A stretch of DNA of 64,000 nucleotides from Azolla caroliniana (taxonomy: Eukaryota; Plantae; Polypodiophyta), in the NCBI GenBank assembly GCA_043228905.1, contig JBHGNT010000016.1, positions 16,120,001 through 16,184,000 on the forward strand. The letters run 5' to 3'. A model generated the notes under the pieces. It did not search any database, had not been told where the DNA came from, and was given only the letters and a program-made list of their open reading frames with translations. Positions 38,497 through 49,080 of the stretch are shown here, piece after piece. The first letter of the stretch is position 1; every line of letters starts with the position of its first letter. A program made the translations under genes and the position numbers.

Positions 38497-41400
38497 TCAA
38501 TTAGATTCCTCCATGACTTCATTTTCATCCGGCGTATTATGTTCATCGTCGAGGTAATCGAGGTCAGGATCCTTGTCTTGTCCTTTCTTGAAAAGCTTTA
38601 CTCTTTTTCCCGCAATGGGTACGGCCAACCTTGATCCGTCTAGTTCCGCAAGGTGGTATGTGGCATTATCGTTGGCACTTGTCACCACATACGGCCCGAA
38701 CCATCTTCTTGCGAACTTCCTTGTTGTACTATGTTGATCGTTAAGGGTGCTGTCGTAAACCAAAACCCAATCCCCTTCTTCAATCTTCTTGGGACAAAGT
38801 CGATGCGTGTTGTCGAACCGAACTTTGTTCTTTACTCGGGCTGCCTTCATCATCTTTCGCGCTTTTTCTAAATCTTCAGGTCTTCTTTCAAGTTGCCTTA
38901 TCCGCGCCGCTAATAACTCTTCTCGGCTCATCTCGTTCTCCCACGGTATCGCTACCCATGAGGCGATCGTCCTTTCGATGGGCATAATCGGCTTTTGTCC
39001 ATAAATAAGCTCCGTCGGCATATACCCTGTCACCGAGCTATGTGTCGTTCTATCGGCCCACAAGGCATAGGGTAATAGTCGTGGCCAATTCCCGACTCGA
39101 CCGTTGCATGCCCGTACGATGGCTTTAACGATAAGTCCATGCCCTCGCTCGATCTTCCCATTTGCTTCCGGATTGTAGGCAGTCATGAGGGAGAGCTTCA
39201 CGCCTAGTCTTTCGAAGAGCTCCGTCGCTTCGTGCGCATCCAACTCCCCTCGGTCGGCCACTATCTTCCCTACACATCCATATCGGCAAACAACATCTTC
39301 AAGTAAAAATTTACAAACGGCAAAAATCGTCTTATTTGTCAAGGCTCATCCTTCCACTTGATTTGTCAAGTCTTCCCTTGCGAGCGCTAAGTACTTCATT
39401 TGTCCCACTCCCATTGGCATCGAGACCAAATCCACCATCCATTTGAAGTGAATGGTGAGTGGGTATGTCGGCTTTAACTCATCACGATGACGTATATTTG
39501 AATATACTTGGCAAGTTTCGCATGTGGACACGAAATGGAGTACATCTTTGTACATGCTTGGCCACCAGTACTTCTCCTTCAACTTTTCGAACGTCGCCCA
39601 TGTTCCTCTATGACCTGCCCAAGCACTCTCGTGGAATTCGGTCATCAGCGTCTCTTGCTCTTCTTTCTTTACCACCACTCGACGTGGTATTCCTGTCCTT
39701 CTTTTTGGATGTCGCCAAAGGAATCCTCCCTTCAAGAAGTATCGATAAGCTTTCTTCCGGATTCGTAGGGACTCCTCCTTTGTCAACGAAGCATCGGTCG
39801 TCAATGTTCTTAGGAATCTACCGATGAGTAACCACTCTCCTTCGTACTCGTTCTCGTTGAAGGCGTGGAGGGTTTGCGTGTCCTGGTCTTCCGCCGACAA
39901 TCGAGCCATCTTGAAGAAGTCGAGGGCGACATCTTCATCTTCCGAAACCATGTTACTTTCATTTGAAAATCTTGCCCTCGACAGCATGTCAGCCATGGCG
40001 TTCTTCTTCCCTGCGATGTGACGGATCTCTGGGTTTAAAGACTTGATGTAGGTGATCCACCTTAGCATAGCAAGATCTGGGGTCGCACATCCCGAGACCA
40101 TTCCGAGAATTGGGAGACAATCTGTCTCTATTATCACTTCTGACCCGATCAGGTAATCTTTGTCCGTCTTCACTGCCGACACAATACCCCAAAGTTCCCG
40201 CTTGACTTGGGCATATCTTTGTTGCCGTTCGCTGAGAACCATTGCTCCGAACCGGACGGCATATCGCGCATTATCTTCACCTTCTTGATTGATGACCCAC
40301 CCGATTCCGGTTGGGCTCGTATCTACGGTCACGTAAATTGGTTTCCCTTCAGCATAGTCGGCCTTCCTTAATGCCGGAGCTTCAAGAAGCAGTTTCTTTA
40401 ATCTTCGCATCGCCTCTGTGTGCTCGTCTCGCCATTCGAACTTTATTCTTTTCTTTAGTAGTCCATATAACGGTTCGGCGACATGAGCGTAGTGAGGAAT
40501 CCATATATGATAAAACGCGCACGCTCCAAGGAACCTTCGAACCTCCGTTTGGTTTTCGCATTCTTTTTTCATGTCTTGGATTGCGTTCACTTTGGATGGC
40601 GAGGGCTTCCGGCCGTATGCTCCACACAAGTGACCTACCACCAAGATCTCCGGTTTGCCCGAATGCGGATTTTTCTCCCGAAAATGTCAAATTCGCATCT
40701 TCGAGCCTTTGAAGCACCTTCTCGCAATCTTTCATATGATCCGCAACGAACTTTCTACAACCTTCCTTATCTTTCGATTCATCTTTCTCCTCATCTGAAC
40801 ATCCTTTTATCGGAATATCATCCAAGAATGGCATCGTGATGTCCGGAATGCAATCCTTCAAGACTTTATTCATGGCATTCACCATATGAGCCACCGAGTT
40901 CGTTGCGCCTTGGGGTAAGGTACACATCCGCACAAGCCCGATCGGAGTCCTCATGGTTGTAATGTCCCGACTGTCGATCGCCAATTGGAATTGGTCATAT
41001 CCGGAGTAGAGATCGCCAATGGAGTAGATGGACCGGCCCGCAAACGCTTCGGCAAATTCGTCCACGCTCGGACCGATTCCGGCATTTCGAATTGTCACCT
41101 TGTTGACGGGTTGAAGATCTTGGATGAATCGCAATGATCCATTCTTTTTCGGCACCGTGAACCACCTATTGGAATAAGGAGCATTCGACGGTTCTAGAAT
41201 TCCCATACTCACCTTCTCCTTTAAGAGCTCGATCAACTTCAGAAGGTGTGCTCTCGGAACCGGTATCGGTTTCAAATTCCAAGGCACATGAGGCACCGTG
41301 AAGATCACCATTGGCTCTATAACCTTTGGGTCGGCGCATCCAATTTCTCGTGGGAAGAATGCGAAAGCCTTCCCATGTCTCTCAAGCATATCACGAAACA

Positions 41401-41992
41401 TTCGCTCCTCTTCAGGGAGAAGGAAATCCTCCTTTCCAACTCGTAGCTTCCCCTTCGTCTCTTTGGTGAAGTCATTACCTATCTTCTTCGGATCTCTTAC
41501 GTTTCGATCGTTAGGGACTTCCTTCATCTTTTGCCAGCTATCTTCCGGTAGCGGAACCGCAACTGGCTTGATCTTCTTATCCACTGTTTTATATTTCGTG
41601 TTGATGTCAGCTTCATTCATCGAGATGCCACGACGGTATTCATCGATGATAGTGTACATGTTGACGGAGTTAACCGAAATCACACGTTGGTTGTGAAGAT
41701 AGCTCAAGTCCACGACGTCCTTGATTTCGCCGATGGTGTCGTTAAATGAGGCTTCTTCCATAATATGAGTCACGAACTCCCCTTCTTCTATTATGTTCTC
41801 TTCTTTCAGCATCTTCTCGAATTCTTGTATCTGGTGCTTGTGCTTCTTGTCGGGTAGTACTAGTTTACATGCGCCACTAGGTGTGACACATGTTGCTTCT
41901 CCTTGCAATCCACGCACTCTTCTTTCTTGTGGGGTCTTGTGATTGCTCGGACTATTTGTGCCCCATGCTTCAATAGTCCACTCTAAAAATCC
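38497..41992 (-). CDS. G2 pol (RT-RNaseH-integrase) in the -1 frame, with one 1-nt insertion (~40655) and one stop (39346)
   Basis: FIQDLQPVN, DLYSGYDQ, PFLDDIPIKG, VTVDTS, GHRG...CETCQ, VADRGE, YNPEANGKIER, WFGPYVV. Confidence 0.9.
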
Positions 41993-44187
41993 GAGGATTC
42001 GCCTCCGAGACTATCTCTATTCCTTTCATGATTGGCTCGCACTGTTAGGAATTGGACCGATCTTTGGTTGTCAAGACTCTTTATTCGTGCGAAGGCTGCT
42101 CCATTATCGAACACTTTGGTCTCCATCCGAGATGATGTGATATAAGGTTGCCCTAGGATGACAGAATGCGACACCGATTCTTGTACGAAGAAGTGTTGAT
42201 CCATCTCCACATCCCCGATCGTGACTTTGACATTGGGACAAGCTCCGTACAAATCCTCCGTAGACTCTGTTGCCGCGCGAATCTTCCATCCGTGGTTTGT
42301 ATTGATTGGCCATCTTCCCTTTTTGTAGAAGTCGGTTGACATGAGGTTGATCTCCGAGCCGTGGTCGATCAAGGCTACGACGGTCTCTTTCTTCTCCCCG
42401 ATCTTCACCGGCGTCTCCGTTGTCGCTCGTGCCCAATGAGGTCGAGTGTAGTGGCTGTCCACCATATCTTCATCGATTTCGTCTCTTGCCATCGTTATGG
42501 CATTCGTTTTTGCTTTCTGCGGCTTCTCTTCTTCCTCGTCCGATTGTTGTCTCTTTCTCTTAACAAGGTCCACGATCGTGTCATGGAACTCCTTCTTCGT
42601 AATGCCAAGCAATTCCCTCAAGGACAAAGTTACGTGGCTATCAAGAACTCGTTCTTCGAGAATCTTCTTTAGGTCCGTCGTCTGCTCTATGTCCGACCTT
42701 AGCTTATAGGTAGGTATGGTCCTTGTCCTCCGAGCGGGGTTTTCGACACCAACCTTCACGGGCCGAACCGTTTCTTCAACTCGTATGCTCGGCTCCCCTT
42801 TTCGGCTTGATTCTCGTTCCTCCGTTTGTAAAGGTCGACTCGTCTCCGCATCGTCCTTCTTTTTCGCGTTCCTTGTTTCATGTCTTTTTGATGGCCCTTG
42901 CTCTTCTATTCTCTTTCTCTTTTCTTCGACGAACACCTCGTGGTTGTCGCACATCACCTCTGCGAGTATGGTGTTGTCGTCCACCGGATCCGACCACCCG
43001 GTTATGCTTTGCACGCTTCGGTCCGCAAGCTCTACCTCGTTCGATGTGATTTTTCCCTTCTTCTCATATTCGAGAACGGAAGTCCAAAACTTTGCTCCCG
43101 CTCTAGCAGCTTCAGTCTTGTCTTTCCCGACTCTTATTCCGGCCGACGCAGCATAGTGCATCGCATCCACATGAGTCGCATCGGCATCCTCCATAGATCT
43201 CTTCATTCCTCCTCTTCCGAAATTCACCCGTAGGGGTCTTCTAGTCTCGCTTGAGCAGATCATGTTGTCCTCTATGTATACGATATTTTGTCGAATCGCC
43301 TCTCGAAGGCTCGCACAATCCCTTCTCATGTGGTCCATGCTATCGCACCACACGCATCTAAAGGGTTCTTTTCCTTTAGGGCCCCGACGATTCATGTTGG
43401 CTAGAGTGACCTTCTCGAACTTCTTCGCTAGCTCTTCAATGATGTCATCATCAATCTTCTTTTCTTCCACGTTACTTTGTCTTGGCGGCTCAGCTACTTT
43501 CGGCTGTCTTACTTTCTCCGTGGTAGTCGGTCCCATCAAGTCGGTGTCATCAACCCATTGGCGACGCTTGTCGAGCCTATTGCATGCCCGCTTCACCGCG
43601 ATCCAGTCCGCTACGAGCCCATTTGCTTGGGTATCATCTTCGAGAAGAGTCCCCAACTCCCGTCTATCCTTTATGTCCACGGCCTTCAAGAAGTACAAAG
43701 TCTTGTCCTCTTCAAGCAACACTTGGTCCGTATTGGGGAGACGACCAAACATCTGGTCGAATTCGTCGTACACCCTCGAGATGCTCATCTTCTTATTCTT
43801 CTTCTCTATCCACTTCATCAGGGCATGTCGAGTCATCCTCGTTGAGTCTTCAGTCACGAACTCCGCTAGTATCGTTTTCTCGAACTTGGACCATGTTGTC
43901 TTTCCTTCTTGAAGCTCGATGACGCGTCTTTGGATGTTGTTGGCGACAACTCTCTTGAAGCTTGCGATTTGACGTGCCTCGGACACATCCCTTTGATTCA
44001 TCTCCCTCTTATATGCATCAAGGAACTTCGTAACGTTCCTTCCATCGAATTGGCCCTTGAGCTCTACGACACGATCGACAGCCTTCTCCACGCTCGCGTC
44101 GTTGTCCCGAGATCTCATCATTTGCTCGATGATTAGCATCATCCTTTCGAGCTCTCCTGCTTGGTTGCTTGAGGACGCCATCTCCAA
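41983..44187 (-). CDS. G2 gag-protease ORF1 (734 aa, open)
   Basis: CVWCDSMDHMRRDC knuckle. Protease VALIDHGSEINLM...ILGQPY. Confidence 0.9.
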   Translation of the reverse strand: MEMASSSNQAGELERMMLIIEQMMRSRDNDASVEKAVDRVVELKGQFDGRNVTKFLDAYKREMNQRDVSEARQIASFKRVVANNIQRRVIELQEGKTTWSKFEKTILAEFVTEDSTRMTRHALMKWIEKKNKKMSISRVYDEFDQMFGRLPNTDQVLLEEDKTLYFLKAVDIKDRRELGTLLEDDTQANGLVADWIAVKRACNRLDKRRQWVDDTDLMGPTTTEKVRQPKVAEPPRQSNVEEKKIDDDIIEELAKKFEKVTLANMNRRGPKGKEPFRCVWCDSMDHMRRDCASLREAIRQNIVYIEDNMICSSETRRPLRVNFGRGGMKRSMEDADATHVDAMHYAASAGIRVGKDKTEAARAGAKFWTSVLEYEKKGKITSNEVELADRSVQSITGWSDPVDDNTILAEVMCDNHEVFVEEKRKRIEEQGPSKRHETRNAKKKDDAETSRPLQTEERESSRKGEPSIRVEETVRPVKVGVENPARRTRTIPTYKLRSDIEQTTDLKKILEERVLDSHVTLSLRELLGITKKEFHDTIVDLVKRKRQQSDEEEEKPQKAKTNAITMARDEIDEDMVDSHYTRPHWARATTETPVKIGEKKETVVALIDHGSEINLMSTDFYKKGRWPINTNHGWKIRAATESTEDLYGACPNVKVTIGDVEMDQHFFVQESVSHSVILGQPYITSSRMETKVFDNGAAFARIKSLDNQRSVQFLTVRANHERNRDSLGGESSDF

Positions 44188-44647
44188 GTATAAATCTCGA
44201 CTTGATCCTTCCTACCGCCTCTTTCACGTCGGGTTCACCACTTTATTATGTCGTGAAGATCCGTCACTACGCGCGGATCGTGAGGCGGAACCGCCGGGGT
44301 TCTGGACCAGAAGGATTTAGAGTCGATACAAGCTTTGGCGAGAAAGTACTTAAGATAGATTGGGAAAGAGAGAAGATGAGATTACACAATTGATTTGAAA
44401 AGGAATTTCTTCCTCTTAATTTTCATAAAAAAAAACCATCTTTTTCTCCTCCCCCTTCCCTCTTTTATAGATGCTCTCATGCATATGATGCATGTGAGGG
44501 TACAAGACATGCATAAATTGCATGTTTGCCATTTGGCGCTTAAGTATTACATGTGGTGCATGCTAACCATGTCACTCATTTTAGCACTCATGGATGAGAA
44601 TTTACATGTAAAAGTACAATGATAGAAATATAATTTCAACTAAATAC

Positions 44648-44712
44648 CATGGCTTAATGGTAAGCTATTTAACTCCTAACTTGGAGGTGCAAGGTTCGAA
44701 TCCATACTTGCC
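44648..44712 (+). ncRNA. tRNA-like Pol III module in the G2 5' LTR
   Basis: TGGCTTAATGG at 44650-44660 and GGTTCGAATCC at 44693-44703. Confidence 0.65.
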
Positions 44713-46684
44713 CTCCTTGTATATGTAAATATGTATATATTTTTATATATTTATTTTATCTAGTCGCCGGTTCGCCGGATGCCGCCGCCGGATACCGACG
44801 CCAGATACCGGTGCCGCCGCCGGATGCCGCCGGATGCCGCCGCCGACGCCGGATATTGACGCCGGATACCGGTGCCGCCGCCGGATGCCGACGCCGCATG
44901 ACGCCGCCGGATTGCGGTCGGATGCCGTCGGATCACCGGCTCCATCGCCGGTCCGGTTTTGGTTGGCCAAAACTCTTTTCGAGTAGCTAGCCACCTCCAC
45001 TCTAAGTTCAAGTTACCTTGAACTATCTATGCTCCACACATAAACACAAAGATAATATCTTTTGCTCCACCTTATATATGATGAGAGCCGTATTTGTCGT
45101 GCCTATGTGGTATATCTCACAATTTTCTCTTTTCTTTTCACAAACTTTATACCCTCATTTCTTGACATTTAGTTGTCCATTTCTCGTGTAATAAAGTGCA
45201 TTCGAAACCTCCATCATTTTGTACTTAGATATTAAAAATGTTATCTTCACAATTATTGTATTATGTGATTCATACTCGATTTTGTACGTTTTATGGGATT
45301 TTCGCACTATTGCCGAAAATCTTCACGACACCGGCATCTTCGTCTTCCCTTTTTCCTTGTGCGTAAGCCATCTCCTCGGCTTCCTTCGTGGGGAATGCAC
45401 GGCCGAGTTCTCGTCACCTTGATTTCCCCTGTTTTCGGAGGGTCCGGAATTGCTGTCCGCTTCACTTCGGTGCCTTCTTCCTTGATCTCATCGGCCGCCT
45501 CCATTGCGCACTGACTCGCCTCGTCCGCCACGACCATGGCGCCTATCTCCCTTTGTGTACAACATCTTGCTGCCGGCATGCGTGGTCGTCGACGCACCTG
45601 CGTGATTCTCTATAAGGAGCATTGACTGTAGGTCGAAAAACGATGGTGTATTCTCTTGTGTACACACAACAGTTCGGAACACTCCGAACTTCGACGCCAG
45701 TCCCCCGAGACAGATCTGCACCATCTCGCCTTCCTCGATGTTCACATTGATAGAGGCTAAGGAGTTGCATATCTCTTTGATCTTCGAGGTGTAATCAGCC
45801 ACCGACAAGTCGCGTTGTCGTAAGTTGCTTAGCTCTTGTCGGAGTTGAAGCTTCCTGGCTCTGGTGCTTTCGGCAAAAATCTTCTTCATATTTCCCCAAG
45901 CATCATTAGGCGTTTTCACATCCCGAATATAACTCAAAAGTTGTTCGCCCACACAAGACGCGAAGCAGTAGAGAACCCTGCTTGCCGATTGTTCCCAAGC
46001 CAGGAAGTCTTTGTGTGTCGAATCGGGTGCTGTGTCATTTGCTCCGTCGACGTAGCTCCAGTAACCGTGCCCGAGTAGGTACTGGTGCATCTTGTAAGAC
46101 CAAGACGTGTAGTTGTTTCTGTCGAACTTCTCTGTTGGAGGCGAGCTAGCCATGCCTCTATCCATTTTTTTTTGTTCTTTACGAAGGTTAGGTTTTCTTC
46201 TTGAGCTGAGATCGGTTTTAGAGGTTCTCAACCCTCTCACTTTGATACCATGTAAAAGAATAGCGTGCGGAAGCAATAGAAAACCGAATACAGAAACACA
46301 AGTTTAATGGAGAGCTTGAATATACATAGTACGCGGGAGAGAGAGAGAGAGAGAGAATGCACACAAAGCTTAATTAAAAAATACTACTTATTCTATACAT
46401 AGGATGTGCTCAGTAAGCACTTTTATAAAAGTCCATATGGACTGACAGAAGTACTGACATGTACTTCAATGCTCATAAATGAGCTCTACACTAACTCCCA
46501 AAATATATTTCTACTCGGAATATCTTTCCAACGGCCTCGCGGTTTACGCACCGCTATGGCCTCTCATTGCGTACTGGTTTGCGTAATAGTTTACACACCG
46601 GTCTGGCCTAACCGATCGATCCCAACTGATCCAGTTCTCGGCTTGCACAGCCGATCCTGCCAATGTTGGGCTTGTCTCTCAACA

Positions 46685-49080
46685 CTCCCCCTCAAGCTCA
46701 ACATTGAGGTTCCATTGGCTCTTCCGGATGTACGCTCCGGTTCCTTCTGGCTTCACGCCTTGCTCGTGCTCCTCGACCTGTTCGATTCCGCGCGCCTCGA
46801 CCCTTCTGGTCAGCTTGCGTGCTCATGCGGCCCTTCTCAACTCCATTGTTGTCGCGGTGTTGGCACTTCTTCTGCTGCCTTCTCTTCTGCTTGGCCCTCA
46901 GATGATTCGACGTATCCGAATCAAGCATCCGAACCGACTCGGCTTCCTCTGATGAGTGTTCGCTTTCGTACGAGTTGGTTGTCTTCAACTTGTCTTTGGT
47001 ATTCTTTCCCTTGATGCCTTTGTCTCCCCCACGCTTGGTTGGCTTCGGCTCTTTCTTACGACTGCTCCTGTTATATTCGCTTTCGAACTCTTCTGCGGAT
47101 CCGTTGTCGGCTTCTTCAACCGATCCGAAATCGAATTCATAATCCGATTTGTCACGGTCTCTCCCCCTTCCGTGGTCATTCGGGACATCTCTCCCCCACA
47201 AATTCAACAATGCCTTGTCCTTAGTGCTATTGACATATGTCAAGATCCTTTGCACTCAATGAAGGTGTTCGATCTTCGGTTGCAACATAAGTTGACATAT
47301 CAGTCCGACCAAATAATTGAGATCTAGTCGGGTCATGGTCAAATAGATGAGGCATCTGATAATCTGTCAGAACTGTGTCAGGGCACATGCCGTCCTTGAT
47401 CCTTGGTGAAGCTTCATGTTTTGGTTTAGAAGAGTTGAGATGGATTTACAATTTGTCACCCCGAACGTGAAGACAATACTTGGCACGTAATATCGTTGGC
47501 TGAGCAGTATGCCTTCCGGGGTGTGGATCACTTCGATCCCGAGGAATTAATGAAGGTCCCCTAGATCCTTCATTTTGAACGATGCAACAATCACTGCATA
47601 ATCTTCGTGTTCCATGCAAGCGGGGCTTGATTTAGTCCATAGAGGGTCTTCTTCAGTTGGCAAACGGTTGACGTGTTCACTCCAGATTGAAATCCAGGAG
47701 GTTTCACCATATACACTTGTTCCTCAAGTTCTCATTATAGGAACTCATTCTTTACGCCCATCTGATGCAAATGCCATCCCTTTGCCTCCGCTACCGCCAG
47801 CAACACCCGAACGATAGTCATCTTGGCAACTGCGCAAAGTCGATAGTGTGATGTTGTGCGTAGCCTTTGGCCACTAGTCGGGCCTTGTACTGGTTAACAG
47901 GCCCATCGGCATTGTACTAGACCTTGTACACCCACCTACATCTGATTGACTTCACACCCTTGGGGGCATCAACTAGATGCCATGTTTCGTTTTCCATCAG
48001 TGCCCGCATCTCTTCCACCATAGCGGCACGCGAATTCGCATCCTTCACTATTTTTGGGTAACCCTCGAGCTCACGCACCTATGCCACCTTTGCCATGTAT
48101 GCATAATGATGAGAGATATATTTTTTGTACCCATACCGAATGACGGGGTTCTTCTGGTGGGTCGATTAGCACAACCTATACTTTGTCAATTTCAAGGCCT
48201 TCTTGGCCACCTACAAACTTGTTTTTGGAGGTTCATCTCCACTATGGGCCACTTTGGATTCACTCTGATCTAATGCACCGTCCTCTGTGCCATATTCCAA
48301 CATCTTCATCTTCCCCTTCTCCTTGTGCATAAGCCGTGTCCTCAACTTCTAGCGCGGGGACTGCACAACCAAGTCTCCACTACTCATTGACACCTCATCT
48401 TACTGGTCGTTCTTACTAAGCCTCTCAATTTGCCTGCTTAGCTGGCATGAGATTCGAATCTCTTCTAGAGTTCCGATGTCTCCCTCATTCAAAGGTTCGG
48501 CCTCATTGGCATCACCTCCAACAATTGACTCGGAGTCTTTGGGGGTCAGAGATAGAAGGGAATACCACGATGCTGATTTGTCAAAGACGACATCACGACT
48601 CACTCCAACTTGTTTCGTTTAAGGGTTATAACAATTATAACCCTTCTGCTCACGGGAGTAGCTGACTAAGATGAACTTCTCGGCCTTGGCATCCAACTTT
48701 CTCCACTTCTCGTCCAACACATGCACATAAGCAATGTTGCTCAACATCCTTAGATGTCCCAAAATTGGCTTGCGCCCAAAATATAGCTCATGCGATGACA
48801 TCTTTGCTCTGGGAGTAGAGATCTAATTTTGTATATAAACGGCCATTCGGATTGCTTCAGCCCAATAGAGTCTAGGCATGCTCTTCTCCTCTAGTATTGC
48901 CCTAGCTGCCTCTACTAGCATCTGGTTCCATCTCTTGGCCACAACGGTTTGCTCCGGTGTGTATCTAGAAGAGAACTCCCTTCGGACTCCCTTTGTCTGC
49001 AAATAGCTAGTGAACTAGCCAGAAAAGTAGTCTTTCCCTCCATCCAACCATAGATACTTGATTTTCCTGTCTATTTCCCT
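46685..49080 (-). mobile_element. Second PPT and 3' region of the C1 family (46685-47197) fused to an older Copia RT/integrase (47198-49080, probably C0)
   Basis: CTCCCCCTCAAGCTCAAC directly after the LTR repeats the sequence from 30323 onward. Abrupt junction at ~47197 into QRILTYVNSTKD. HELYFGRKP...KLDAKAEK at 48619-48801. Confidence 0.75.

Larger units (their letters stand above)
37422..45330 (-). mobile_element. Near-intact Gypsy G2 with tRNA-Trp PBS
   Basis: LTRs 37422-38424 and 44249-45330 with terminal inverted repeats TGTCGTGAAGAT/ATCTTCACGACA. 4-bp TSD CCGG. PBS TGGTGAACCCGACGTGAA at 44240-44223. PPT GGTGGGGAGGA. Confidence 0.95.
14891..46684 (-). mobile_element. Copia C1, internally deleted, hosting G1, G2n and G2
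   Basis: 3' LTR split as 14891-14986 + 29965-30322. 5' LTR 46251-46684. PBS TGGTATCAAAG (tRNA-iMet type) at 46240-46250. PPT at 30323-30331. gag 45488-46160. RT/RNaseH pieces at 30818-32096 and 36915-37230. Confidence 0.88.

Noticed and set aside
40640-40670. A second programmed frameshift in G2 pol
   Set aside because: It falls within RT with no slippery motif and is explained by a single A insertion.
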